A DNA stretch of 64,000 nucleotides from a bacterium (GCA_965209155.1 OZ242383.1:2112001-2176000), one strand, 5' to 3'; counted from the stretch's first letter, positions 10,221 through 20,502 are shown. Numbers and translations: made by a program. The notes: generated from the sequence alone by a model not told the origin.

Positions 10221-10375
10221 AAAACCCAATAAGTCAAAACCCAAAAAATTTCAGCGCACGGTTACCTGGCCGCTGGTATGTAAGGCGTCGTCGTCGGTAT
10301 CGGTAAACCAAAATGCTCCATGGGTGTACTGAAAGTGGCGAGGTGTTTTTTTGACGAAGCGCGCACCATAAGTAT

Positions 10376-11254
10376 TCAGGTGATAGCTCGAAAGAACTCG
10401 AGATTGATTTCTGACGCGCCATTGGTCGCTAAAGTCTGTACGCTTACGTGGTCTGCTCCCGCATTCCAATGTTCTTCCAGTCGAAGATAGATCGCTTTCT
10501 CATCTCCCCAGGCCACAATCGCGTCTACCAGCCGGTCACTGGCGCCGTGTTCGAAATCTTCGTCGCCGAAACCCAAAGATTTGAGATTATTTCTGTAATT
10601 TTGCAGACGCAAATAACCGCGCATATGAGCCCTGGCGGTTTCTCTGGCCGAGGAGGGATTTTTATCGAAAACGACAGCTTGCTCCGGTGCCAACCATTTG
10701 TCTGCTCCAATGATTTCCCGGGCGCGGGCCGTGTGTTCCGGAGGAACGAAATAGGGGTGAGCTCCATTAGCAACTTCTCCAGCCAGTGCTAACATCTTTG
10801 GTCTCAAAGCTGCCAGAACGATCGGTACTTCATGTTCGGGTTTGGGACCATTGTAAGGACTGTTTCGCATTCTATTCAAATAGGTGCGCATCGTAGAGAC
10901 CGGCTTCCCGTATTTTTGATGCCAGATCGGACCCACTGATTCCCGGTGAGAGACTCCCAATCCCAAGACAAACCTTCCCTTAGACGATTCCTGCAACGTG
11001 TTGCAAGCGGCTTTCATGGCAACCGGATCCCTTGCGTAAATATTGGCAATTCCCGTGGCAAGACAGATCGAGTTCGTGCGCGCTGCTAAAAAATTCAAGT
11101 GCGCAAAGGGATCTCGTCCTACCGCCTCCGGAACCCAAAGGGCGGCCACTCCCTTCGATTCCAGTTCTTGCACGGTCCTCGTTACGACCTCGTTTGAAAA
11201 AGAATCCAAAAAAGCCCAAGCTCCTAATTTGCCAATTGTCTTTTTTAAATCCAT
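10376..11254 (-). CDS. LLM-class (luciferase-like, probably F420-dependent) oxidoreductase
   Basis: LWVPEAVGRDPF, ATGIANIYARD, GRFVLGLGVSH, LAALRPKML, GAHPY and AGADHV. Confidence 0.85.
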   Translation of the reverse strand: MDLKKTIGKLGAWAFLDSFSNEVVTRTVQELESKGVAALWVPEAVGRDPFAHLNFLAARTNSICLATGIANIYARDPVAMKAACNTLQESSKGRFVLGLGVSHRESVGPIWHQKYGKPVSTMRTYLNRMRNSPYNGPKPEHEVPIVLAALRPKMLALAGEVANGAHPYFVPPEHTARAREIIGADKWLAPEQAVVFDKNPSSARETARAHMRGYLRLQNYRNNLKSLGFGDEDFEHGASDRLVDAIVAWGDEKAIYLRLEEHWNAGADHVSVQTLATNGASEINLEFFRAIT

Positions 11255-11302
11255 CGAATCACTCCTTGTTTGATTAAAATGTAAAAATTTCAGGCTCAGG
11301 GA

Positions 11303-11488
11303 CGTGAATCAGGAGTTAAAAAAGGTATCATTCCTGGCTTGACCAGGAACCCAGGGGGATACGGGCGATATACGGATGCCGGATCATCCCGGTCCCGGAT
11401 CCAGTCCGGGAGGATCCGGGACCAGCATGACACATCATAAATATTAAATTATTGATTTTATATATTAAATTTCAACTTCTGATTCACA
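11303..11488. mobile_element. MITE-like element, copy 1 (TIR cgtgaatcaggagtt) enclosing a palindromic core
   Basis: Left cgtgaatcaggagtt, right aacttctgattcaca; ctcaggga repeated at 11295-11302 and 11491-11498. Confidence 0.7.
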
Positions 11489-11595
11489 TACTCAGGGATA
11501 AAAATGTATGACTGACTTCAGATTATAAAAACTTCGATAAAATATCAAATCCTTCGCATGAGCATGGTCTTGCAACTAACGTTATATTTTCATAA

Positions 11596-11908
11596 CGTGA
11601 ATCAGGAGTTAAAAAAGTGTCATTCCTGACTTGACCAGGAACCCAGGGGGATACGGGCGATATTTTGGATGCCGGATCCTCCTGGTCCCGGATCCAGCCC
11701 GGGAGGATCCGGGACCAGCATGACACATCATATCTATTAAATTATTGATTTCATAACGTGAATCAGGAATTAAAAAAGGTGTCATTCCTGGCTTGACCAG
11801 GAATCCAGAGGTAGGCAGCCAGACTGAAATCTGGATTCAGGGTCTTCGCCCGGAATGGCATATACACCAAGATACTCAATTATTGAAGATTTATGTCGAA
11901 ATCAGGTT
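11596..11908. repeat. Two further tandem MITE copies; the third has a different right end
   Basis: Copies start at 11596 and 11757, each preceded by tttcataa; the third ends ...tattgaagatttatgtcgaaatcagg, matching the right end of the element at 48771-48962. Confidence 0.7.
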
Positions 11909-11989
11909 AACTATATAATATGGTCAGTACGAGTGATGAAGAGAGCTGGTAGAAAGAGCCAAATGCGACAGGAAAGGAGCTTGGATACC

Positions 11990-12403
11990 ATGAGTGAAGC
12001 GAAAACAAAAAAGACGGCAAAAAGCGTAGATACTTTCATTGAAGGCGTGGAGTCCGAACGTCGGGAGGATTGTCGCATCATCCTTGAAATGATGCGTGAT
12101 ATTACGGGAGAAGAGCCCGCGATTTGGGGAACCAGCATTATCGGGTTCGGCAGTTATCACTATAAATATGCCAGCGGTCATGAAGGTGATTCATTTCTGA
12201 CCGGATATTCTCCGCGCAAACAAGCATTGACGATCTATATCATGACGGGGTTTTCAAAGTATCAGGCTTTGCTGGACAAGCTGGGTCGATATAAAACGGG
12301 CAAATCGTGCCTTTACCTCAAGAAGCTGGCTGATGTCGATCTCGCTATATTGAGAAAACTGGTTCAAGAATCCGTGGCAACCATGACCAGGAAGTACAAA
12401 TGA
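11990..12403 (+). CDS. DUF1801/YdhG-like protein
   Basis: WGTSIIGFGSYHYKYASG, GYSPRKQALTIY and LGRYKTGKSCLY; AGGAG RBS before ATG 11990. Confidence 0.85.
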   Translation: MSEAKTKKTAKSVDTFIEGVESERREDCRIILEMMRDITGEEPAIWGTSIIGFGSYHYKYASGHEGDSFLTGYSPRKQALTIYIMTGFSKYQALLDKLGRYKTGKSCLYLKKLADVDLAILRKLVQESVATMTRKYK

Positions 12404-12467
12404 ATGACTGGATTATTCTCTAACCAAACTGAAACCCGGAAATTCGGCGCATTGTTACTTTGCGCGT

Positions 12468-13034
12468 TCAATCTTTCTTTTTGAAGATACTGCTAACGGA
12501 GTCTTTAATGATGGACCCTACGACCGCCCCGGCATTGACGATATTGTCTTCTTCCGGAGTAAATTCTTCCCCTGATACTCGATTTTCCAGAAGTACGTGA
12601 AAATTGGCAGTGAATTGGTCAAACATTTTATTATTAATCGCTCGGATCATCCGGGCGCCAAACTGCGCGATGCGCCCTGTAATGGAAATGCGCATGCTAC
12701 AATGGACCTGCGTTGGTCCACCTTCTTCCTCATGAAGGTCCATCGCCATTTCCATGGTTGCGTTCCCTTTGCCTTGCCTGTCGCTTCCTCGACCTTTGAC
12801 TCTTAACCGGAAATGGACGTCATCCAATTCGGTAAATTTCACTTGCCCGTCAAAATTGGTAGTGACTGGCCCGATTTTGACCTTGATTTTCCCTTTATAT
12901 TCATTCTCTCCCAACGATTCCACAAGCTCAGCACCTGGCAGACAGGGCGCAATTTTCCATGGATCGGAAAGAAGCGACCAGACTACCGGACGCTTTGCAT
13001 TTGCCTGAAATTTTTTTTCAACTACTACGTCCAT
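12468..13034 (-). CDS. coxG: CoxG/SRPBCC-family protein
   Basis: VWSLLSDP..IAPCLPGAEL, KVKIGPV and GRIAQFGARMI. Confidence 0.8.
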   Translation of the reverse strand: MDVVVEKKFQANAKRPVVWSLLSDPWKIAPCLPGAELVESLGENEYKGKIKVKIGPVTTNFDGQVKFTELDDVHFRLRVKGRGSDRQGKGNATMEMAMDLHEEEGGPTQVHCSMRISITGRIAQFGARMIRAINNKMFDQFTANFHVLLENRVSGEEFTPEEDNIVNAGAVVGSIIKDSVSSIFKKKD

Positions 13035-13047
13035 GCTCTCTCTGCAA

Positions 13048-13488
13048 TCAGGAAGGCTGCTCTTGCTCTACCGCTTCCATCACGGCTTCCCAGCCAAGAG
13101 TGGCACATTTCATTCTGGAGGGGAAACGTCGTACGCTTTCGAAGATTCGCAGTTTCTGGCTGAGGTCATTGCTTTCATTCAGTGGTTTTTTGGGATCGAT
13201 CAAGGTCTTCAAATTTAAATAAATTGATAAAATTTCATCCAATTCTTTTTGACGAATCACCTCCGTCATGATGGAAGCGGAAGCAATCGAGATGGCGCAA
13301 CCCCGTCCCCTGAATTTGATTTCATCGATTGTGCAATCGGACATTTTCAGATCGACTTGTACGTGGTCCCCACAGATCGGATTGTCTATTTCCGCCATAT
13401 GGGTGGGGTTTTGAATGCGGCCGAAATTTCTCGGATTTTTTTGATGATCCAGGATCAATTTTTGATAAAGTTGCAAAATATTGTTCAT
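13048..13488 (-). CDS. sufU: SufU/IscU-like Fe-S scaffold or sulfur-transfer protein
   Basis: LYQKLILDH.KNPRNFG, NPICGD, GCAISIASAS and RMKCATLGW. Confidence 0.85.
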   Translation of the reverse strand: MNNILQLYQKLILDHQKNPRNFGRIQNPTHMAEIDNPICGDHVQVDLKMSDCTIDEIKFRGRGCAISIASASIMTEVIRQKELDEILSIYLNLKTLIDPKKPLNESNDLSQKLRIFESVRRFPSRMKCATLGWEAVMEAVEQEQPS

Positions 13489-13768
13489 GATTTCAATGGA
13501 CCGATTTTTTTGCTGAATTGAAAAATGAATCAAAGGAGAATAACATATCCGGGCAGGCCTTGGCAAGGTATTTAAGGCTTCCTGATAAACCTCGAGGAGG
13601 AATTGAACCTTTTGTTTTCATTTCAGAAATACACGAAACAGTAAATTCCAAGGAACCTGGCTGCCTGTTTGAGAATGGGAGATTCATTTTGACTGATGCT
13701 TTAATTTGCTGTAAATTTTCTATAAACCACACTGGACAACCAGTCCCAGATAATGAAAGCGGGAACCA

Positions 13769-14830
13769 ATGAAAGATATATGGAATGAAGTAATTCAGTG
13801 GTCACAAACAAAACCCTCTTTTGTCATCGCCAGGGTCATTCAAACCTGGCGATCAGCCCCACGGAAAGCAGGGGCGGCCATGTTGGTTGATCCGGAGATG
13901 AACGTGGTTGGCTCCGTAAGTGGGGGATGCATCGAAGGCGCGGTGATAGAAGAAGCCCTGCAAATTATGGAGACGGGAGAAAACAAATACCTGAACTTTG
14001 GTATCGATGACGACATGGCTTGGTCGGTGGGATTGGCATGTGGTGGGAAAGTCCAGCTATTTCTGGAAAAGCACTGGGCAATTTCGGAAAGTCCACAGGT
14101 AAAAAAAATCTGGGATAATTTGAAAAATGCAATTGAAGAAAAAAAATCGGTGGTCCTTCTCACTCGTGTGGACGCTACCACATCGATCCCCATGCTCGTT
14201 TATGAAGACGGAAAAACGACAGGAGCCTGGGATCATTTTGACGAGGAATTGAAGACCAAGAGCCTGGAAGCTCTTAAAACGCACAAAAATGACACCGTGC
14301 GATGGCATGAAGATAAAGTGTTCCTTCACACTTTCCCAACTCCCGATCAATTGATCATTATCGGTGCGGGTCACGTTACTATCCCATTGGTGCAACTTGC
14401 CCGGCAAATGGATTTTGAAACCTATGTCATTGATCCCAGACGAGTTTTTACCAACCCGGAACGTTTTCCCGTAAAACCAACAAGAATCATCCCCGAATGG
14501 CCCCAAGATGTCTTGAATGGTTGGAATTTTCATCAAAACATCTATGCGGTTTTACTGACCCATGATCCCAAGATCGACGATCCGGGCCTGAACATTTTAC
14601 TCAGGCAACCGATCCGTTACATTGGAGCATTGGGTAGCTGGAAAACCCACGCGAAGCGCGTAAAGCGGCTCCGGGAAGATGGACTGAGTGATACTGAAAT
14701 CAATCGCATCAGAGCTCCCGTCGGATTGGATATCGGGGCCGAATCGCCCAACGAAATTGCTTTGAGTATCCTCGCTGAAATCATACAAGAAAAACGAAAG
14801 GGTGTGGATGAACCCGCAAAACATGCATAA
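13769..14830 (+). CDS. xdhC: XdhC/CoxI-family molybdoenzyme maturation factor
   Basis: SAPRKAGA, GSVSGGCIEG, VGLACGG, THDPKIDD, YIGALGS and PVGLDIGA.SPNEIALSI. Confidence 0.88.
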   Translation: MKDIWNEVIQWSQTKPSFVIARVIQTWRSAPRKAGAAMLVDPEMNVVGSVSGGCIEGAVIEEALQIMETGENKYLNFGIDDDMAWSVGLACGGKVQLFLEKHWAISESPQVKKIWDNLKNAIEEKKSVVLLTRVDATTSIPMLVYEDGKTTGAWDHFDEELKTKSLEALKTHKNDTVRWHEDKVFLHTFPTPDQLIIIGAGHVTIPLVQLARQMDFETYVIDPRRVFTNPERFPVKPTRIIPEWPQDVLNGWNFHQNIYAVLLTHDPKIDDPGLNILLRQPIRYIGALGSWKTHAKRVKRLREDGLSDTEINRIRAPVGLDIGAESPNEIALSILAEIIQEKRKGVDEPAKHA

Positions 14831-14844
14831 GGGGAGGGAATCCT

Positions 14845-16461
14845 ATGGAAAGTACCATGATGGATTTTCCGTTGACGCTGACCATGATCATGCGTCGCGC
14901 AGAATTGTTTTTTCCTGAACAAGAAATCGTCACTCGACTTCCGGACAAATCCTTCCATCGTTACACATACCGGGAATGGATCCAACGTACCAAGAAGCTG
15001 GCGTTGGCCTTGAAAAAGCTGGGTGTGGAAGATGGTGAACGTGTTGCTACTTTTTGTTGGAATCATTTTCAACATTATGAACTCTACTTTGCCGTACCCG
15101 CCATGGGAGGCATAACTCACACACTCAACCTGCGTCTGGGAGTAGACGATTTAAGCTATATCATCAACCATGCGGAAGACCGGGTATTATTCATAGACGA
15201 CAGCCTGCTGCCCCTTTTTGAAAAGTTCCGTGACCGAGTCCATTTCCACCAGATCGTGGTCATTTCCAGGGACGGGAAAGTACCGGAAGGCATGCTCGAT
15301 TACGAGACGCTGCTGGCTCAAGAAGATGAGAATCAATTTGAGTATACAGACTGGGATGAGAGAAAAGCAATCTCCATGTGCTACACTTCCGGCACCACTG
15401 GTAAACCCAAAGGTGTCGTATTCTCTCACCGTTCTACTTTGCTCCACGCTTTGGTCACCTGTATGGCAACCACCTTGGCATTCAGTGAAAAAGACGTGTT
15501 GCTTCCGGTGGTACCCATGTTCCATGTGAATGCATGGGGGATCCCCTATGCGGCACCGATGGTGGGAAGCAAGTTGGTTTTTCCAGGTCCATACCTGGAC
15601 CCTCCAAGTTTGTTGGAAGCCTTCGAGCAGGAAAAAGTGACTTTCAGTGGGGGCGTCCCGACTATCTGGATAGGCATGCTCAAAGTCCTCGACGAGGATC
15701 CCGGGGCTTATGATCTTTCCAACATGCGTACCCTGGTTGTCGGTGGATCCAAAGTGCCTCGCAGTTTGATTGACGCATTCGAAATACGGCACGGACTAAA
15801 CATCGTCCAGGCATGGGGTATGACTGAAATGTCCCCTTTGGGAACCTACTACTCCACCAGACCCCATCTTGCGCAACTGGATCGAGATGCTCAACTCGAT
15901 TACCGTGCCAAGCAAGGACTGCCCGTCAATCTGGTGGAATATCGTATTCGAGGTGATGGAGGTTTTCTGAGATTCGATGGAGAAAGCATGGGAGAGTTGG
16001 AAGTCAGGGGGCCATTTATTACAGGCAGCTACTACAATTCTCCGGAGGGAAAAGAGAAATTTACTGAAGACGGTTGGTTAAAAACGGGAGATATAGTAAC
16101 ATTTGACAAAGATTGTTATCTGGAAGTGAAAGATCGTTCCAAGGACCTGGTCAAGTCCGGGGGAGAGTGGATCAGTTCCGTTGACCTGGAAAATACGCTG
16201 ATGGGTCATAAAGCGGTTTTCGAAGCTGCCGTGATTGCGGTGGCTCATGAAAAATGGCAAGAACGTCCCTTGGCCATTGTGGTTCTACATCAAGGAAAAT
16301 CAGTAACCAAAGAAGAACTGATGACTCTTCTCGCTCAAAAATTCCCCAAATGGTGGTTGCCCGATGACGTGGTATTTGTTGAAAGCATTCCCAAAACCAG
16401 CGTGGGAAAATTTAAAAAAGTAACCTTGAGGGAAATATATCGGGATCATCTGTTGGTGTGA
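14845..16461 (+). CDS. Medium/long-chain acyl-CoA ligase (AlkK/DmdB-like)
   Basis: AMP-binding motif YTSGTTGKPKG, VPMFHVNAWG, AWGMTE and KSGGEWISS. Confidence 0.9.
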   Translation: MESTMMDFPLTLTMIMRRAELFFPEQEIVTRLPDKSFHRYTYREWIQRTKKLALALKKLGVEDGERVATFCWNHFQHYELYFAVPAMGGITHTLNLRLGVDDLSYIINHAEDRVLFIDDSLLPLFEKFRDRVHFHQIVVISRDGKVPEGMLDYETLLAQEDENQFEYTDWDERKAISMCYTSGTTGKPKGVVFSHRSTLLHALVTCMATTLAFSEKDVLLPVVPMFHVNAWGIPYAAPMVGSKLVFPGPYLDPPSLLEAFEQEKVTFSGGVPTIWIGMLKVLDEDPGAYDLSNMRTLVVGGSKVPRSLIDAFEIRHGLNIVQAWGMTEMSPLGTYYSTRPHLAQLDRDAQLDYRAKQGLPVNLVEYRIRGDGGFLRFDGESMGELEVRGPFITGSYYNSPEGKEKFTEDGWLKTGDIVTFDKDCYLEVKDRSKDLVKSGGEWISSVDLENTLMGHKAVFEAAVIAVAHEKWQERPLAIVVLHQGKSVTKEELMTLLAQKFPKWWLPDDVVFVESIPKTSVGKFKKVTLREIYRDHLLV

Positions 16462-16596
16462 TCGTCTCGACCCGGGGTGTGGCTCAGTGCTTTTCAGGCA
16501 AACTGGAAGCCGCTAAACATTGTAATGACAAAAACTTTCCTTCCCCCTGGGAAGCTGGAAAGAATAGATACGTTTACATGAATTGAAAGGGAACAA

Positions 16597-17367
16597 ATGA
16601 TTTTTGATCTAAGTGGAAAAGTTGCCATTGTGACCGGTTCGACTCGAGGCATTGGAAAAGCCATTGCCGGACAAATGGCGGAATTTGGCGCGAAAGTAGT
16701 CATTTCCAGCCGAAAAAGCGATGTATGTGAGGAAGTGGCCCGTGTTCTGAATGAAAAGTTGAAGGATAAACCCGGCGAAGCCACTCCGATTCCCTGCCAT
16801 GTTTCACACAAGGACCAGTTAAAGAACCTGGTTGATGAGACCCACGAACGTTTCGGAAAAATCGACATTCTGGTTGGCAATGCGGGAGTCAACCCATTTT
16901 ATGGATCTTCTGCCGATATCCCGGATTCGGCATTTGAAAAAATCATGGCCACCAACATCACTTCCAACCATTGGCTTTGCCAGTTGGTCATTCCGGACAT
17001 GCTGGAGAAGAATGCTGGATCGATCATCATTGTCTCATCAGTGGCGGGATTTCAAGGATCGTCCGTTTTGGGTGCATACGCGATCTCGAAAGCGGCAGAT
17101 TTGGCCTTGATTCGAAACATCGCCGTGGAATATGGTCCCCATAATATCCGAGCCAACGCCATTGCTCCCGGATTAATAAAGACGGATTTCGCCAAGGCGT
17201 TGTGGAGCAACCCGGAGACTTTGAAATTGGCAACGGAAGGCTATCCTTTGCGTCGTATTGGAGAACCCATTGAGTGTGCCGGAGCAGCCGTGTTCCTGGC
17301 TTCGGATGCCGCCAGTTTTATCACGGGGCAGTCTATCGTTATTGATGGTGGAGGTCTCATCGCCTGA
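16597..17367 (+). CDS. Short-chain dehydrogenase/reductase
   Basis: TGSTRGIG, YAISK, IAPGLIKT and ITGQSIVIDGG. Confidence 0.9.
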   Translation: MIFDLSGKVAIVTGSTRGIGKAIAGQMAEFGAKVVISSRKSDVCEEVARVLNEKLKDKPGEATPIPCHVSHKDQLKNLVDETHERFGKIDILVGNAGVNPFYGSSADIPDSAFEKIMATNITSNHWLCQLVIPDMLEKNAGSIIIVSSVAGFQGSSVLGAYAISKAADLALIRNIAVEYGPHNIRANAIAPGLIKTDFAKALWSNPETLKLATEGYPLRRIGEPIECAGAAVFLASDAASFITGQSIVIDGGGLIA

Positions 17368-17374
17368 CTGAGGG

Positions 17375-18376
17375 TCAGAGGCGATAGATCCGAATTGCAG
17401 TATCTCGAAATAGAGCCCTTCGTTCATCCCCTGAAAAATCTTTGGTCATTTTCTTAAAGGAGTTCCACAGCACCGTATAAGAACATGAAACCTTGTCCAC
17501 CGGAAAATTGCTTTCAAACATGCAGCGATTGGGACCAAACTGGTCAATGGCGAACAGGTAGTAGCGGGACGTTGCCGCCACCAACTCATCGGAGGTGGGC
17601 GGTTTTTTCCGCTTGTGGAAGCCAAATCCGTTAATCGCCATCACTAAACCGCCCAGTTTGATCACCACGTTGGGACAGGTAGCCAACTCTTTCATTCCCT
17701 TTTTCCAATATTGAAAAACTTCCTCACGTTTGTCCGCATAAGGTCCAATCCCCAAGGGACCTGCCAGGTGATCGCAAATGATGGTGGTTTCCGGAAAGGA
17801 CCGGGCCAAGCTGACCAATTCTGGAATTTGAGGATGGAAAAGCCAGGCATCGAATGTCAAATCATATCGCTTTAAGACGGCAAATCCCTCCCTGAATTTA
17901 GAGTTCAAATATAACTCACGAGGGGGATTCGAGTGAGAAACCCGGATTGCGGGACTTTCATCCCAACTACATGAATGGCGGATGCCACGAAAGCGATTCG
18001 AACTGGCTGCCTGGTGGGCTTCCAGCACAGGGGCCACTTTTGTTCCGAGCAGGAGGTTGGCAAAGCTGACGATACCGGCAGCAACGTTAGTAGGTCCATA
18101 TTGACCACTGGCGCTTTGAGCCGCAATGCCTTGTACGAATTCCGTTTCTCCCACGGGTTTCATTTCATGGAGTCCACCCTTGCGATACATGGATGAACAT
18201 TCCAGAAAAACAGTCTCTTGTACCTTGTGTCCGCTGCCTGTGTCCTCGATCAATTCATCGAGCAAATAGCGGCTCTCCGGATAATCCCATAAATGGTGAT
18301 GCGGGTCGCAAATGGGTAACTCGGGCTCTATGGGCTTTTCTTTTGTCAATTCCAGCCATTCAGGATTCACTGGCAT
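17375..18376 (-). CDS. Amidohydrolase-2 family lactonase-like protein
   Basis: DPHHHLW, FRGIRH, KLGG and CMFESNFPVD. Confidence 0.85.
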   Translation of the reverse strand: MPVNPEWLELTKEKPIEPELPICDPHHHLWDYPESRYLLDELIEDTGSGHKVQETVFLECSSMYRKGGLHEMKPVGETEFVQGIAAQSASGQYGPTNVAAGIVSFANLLLGTKVAPVLEAHQAASSNRFRGIRHSCSWDESPAIRVSHSNPPRELYLNSKFREGFAVLKRYDLTFDAWLFHPQIPELVSLARSFPETTIICDHLAGPLGIGPYADKREEVFQYWKKGMKELATCPNVVIKLGGLVMAINGFGFHKRKKPPTSDELVAATSRYYLFAIDQFGPNRCMFESNFPVDKVSCSYTVLWNSFKKMTKDFSGDERRALFRDTAIRIYRL

Positions 18377-18629
18377 CTATTTCACCCTTAAAATTTTAAA
18401 AATTTACGGAACTGGATCCACTAAAGCTTCAGGACTTTCAGAATAGCCTGATCTTAAAATTTATATCAATGAAAATTTAATACACCAGCAAATGGGATAA
18501 TTCAAGTTTTGTCGGGTCGTATAGCCGATCAATCAATCGCTGGATCCGAGGGTTGATCGTGTGAGAACAGGCACCAAATTTGCATTAATTCAAACAGCAA
18601 CCTCATTCACTAATTTTACAGGTCGAATC

Positions 18630-19304
18630 ATGATCAGCACATTGGAAATTGCGAGAAAGCTGGGCATCACCTGCGCCGCAGTCAACAAACGCGTTAAAAA
18701 ACTAGGAATCGAGAAGTTCAGGCAAGGGGCTTTTGCCTACATTTCCGAGCAGGATTTTGAACTCATTTTACAGTTTCCCGTAGAAGCAAGCGAACTATCC
18801 TCTTCAAATTCGTCAGACGGTAAATCATGCAGTAAATCTCCTCCGACGGATCCCCTGGTCTCTGAAAACCGAACCTTACGACGAGAACTGAAATTATTAA
18901 AACAAGAGCTTCAGCAAAAGAAATCGCAGAAAGAGGAACAACTCCGGATGTTTCAAGAAGACTCCGAAAATCACCGTCTCACAACCAATACGCAATTGCA
19001 GGAAAAGGAAAAAATGCTGCAGGAAGCAAGGCGTGAGCGCTCCGAATTACGGGTCCTCTTGTTTCGTCAACAGGACTTGACCAGTCACACTCAAAAGGAA
19101 CTGGAACAAGCGCAGGCGCAAATCAAACAGTTGCAACAACTGCCAATGGTGGAATTGCAAAAATGGATCAAATTGCTGGAGACCTCCCACGACACCTTTG
19201 CCAACAATATCAAATTGTTGAGCGACCCTCCGACTCCTCCGCTGATAGTCCATGAAGGAGGCAAAAAAGAGCAGCAGTCCTTTTATAAACAATTTGCCAA
19301 GTAA
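18630..19304 (+). CDS. N-terminal HTH plus long coiled-coil protein of unknown function
   Basis: STLEIARKLGITCAAVNKRVKK helix-turn-helix, Ser-rich linker and Q/E/K/L heptads. Confidence 0.6.
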   Translation: MISTLEIARKLGITCAAVNKRVKKLGIEKFRQGAFAYISEQDFELILQFPVEASELSSSNSSDGKSCSKSPPTDPLVSENRTLRRELKLLKQELQQKKSQKEEQLRMFQEDSENHRLTTNTQLQEKEKMLQEARRERSELRVLLFRQQDLTSHTQKELEQAQAQIKQLQQLPMVELQKWIKLLETSHDTFANNIKLLSDPPTPPLIVHEGGKKEQQSFYKQFAK

Positions 19305-19452
19305 AAAGATGGACGGAGTGGCTTCCGGGAATGGCCTTGCTGCTATGGATCACCTGAAGGCCAATGGCGCCAGACATGAGCTTCGCGCCATGGTCTGTCA
19401 AACGTTGATTGATTGAAGAATTCAAGACTTTAAAAACACCATTCATTCTTCA

Positions 19453-20502
19453 TCACACCCCGATTACGTCTAAACTGGGAATTGAAGATTTGATGGGAAT
19501 GGTGTCGATATTTTTGGCTTCCAGTTTGGCCAGATCGTAACGGATTTTTGAGAGGGGCAATTCCAAATTATCGGTCTCCACCTGAATATTGTATTCCGTA
19601 AACGCACCGCCTCGATTGACTGTCGGTTCATCCCCATAAAGGTTGTTTTGATCCAGGTAAACTTCAACCTGCGTTGTTTTCCGATTGGCGACATTGAATA
19701 AGAGAAGGACTTTTTTTTCCGCATTGATAGTACCGTATAGATTCAAAAGAAACATCCGCAGCAGTTCCAACTTTTGAGCAACCGTCTTCACTTGGGGATT
19801 GATCCAGACACCAGCTTCTGATTCCATGATCGTGTCGATTATTTTTAATCCATAGTTACGAATCGCGCTGCCGGTTTGGGTAATCTCCAAACCAATATCC
19901 GCCCCCTTGTTTTTCAGTTTGGCTTCCGTCTTTCCCCAGGTTTCGTAGATCACGATTCCCTTTTCGATCTTTGGAGGAGTTTTATATTTTTGTACGGAAA
20001 ATTCAGAAAATGACTTAAACAATTTCAGTTTTTTCAATTCGTCTTGCAACCAGTTGATAGCCAGATATGGCATTTCAGATACAACCGTGATCCGGTTTTG
20101 GGACGCCGTCACAATTTTGAGGAATTCGTCAATCGAGTTGCTGGGGTGGAAACCATCGACAATGCCAACCAGCTTCACTTTCCCTCTATTCAATGGCAGA
20201 ATTTTTTCCAGATGGACGTCGGTGCCATATTCCAATTTCCATTCTAGCACACGCTCTTTGATCCAATCGTCTCCGCCAATCGCAACGTCCAGTTCTCCGA
20301 TTGCCAATTGGGCGCCAAACTCCTGGGGTCGGCCATCCCACCCGTAGAGGAAAGGCGTGGTGGTAAATTCAATGGGGCCTCCCACGTCATAGCCGGTTGT
20401 CCAAAATCCCGAGTCTTTTAAAAATTGACCGAGATCGCCTCCACGTTTGGGGTCCGCCAATGATCCTGCCGGTAATCCAATTTTTAACCCATGTTGAGTC
20501 AT
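19453..20502 (-). CDS. hisG: ATP phosphoribosyltransferase (divergent long form)
   Basis: KIGLPAGSL, RPQE, LDVAIGGDDW, WGKTEAK and EITQTGSAIRNYGL; directly downstream of hisI. Confidence 0.8.
   Translation of the reverse strand: MTQHGLKIGLPAGSLADPKRGGDLGQFLKDSGFWTTGYDVGGPIEFTTTPFLYGWDGRPQEFGAQLAIGELDVAIGGDDWIKERVLEWKLEYGTDVHLEKILPLNRGKVKLVGIVDGFHPSNSIDEFLKIVTASQNRITVVSEMPYLAINWLQDELKKLKLFKSFSEFSVQKYKTPPKIEKGIVIYETWGKTEAKLKNKGADIGLEITQTGSAIRNYGLKIIDTIMESEAGVWINPQVKTVAQKLELLRMFLLNLYGTINAEKKVLLLFNVANRKTTQVEVYLDQNNLYGDEPTVNRGGAFTEYNIQVETDNLELPLSKIRYDLAKLEAKNIDTIPIKSSIPSLDVIGV

Noticed and set aside
11855..11989. N-terminal extension of the DUF1801 ORF
   Set aside because: Runs through MITE sequence; the RBS supports ATG 11990
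16472..16520. cggggtgtggctcagt resembles a tRNA 5' end
   Set aside because: No D-loop GG, anticodon arm, TTC loop or matching acceptor strand follows
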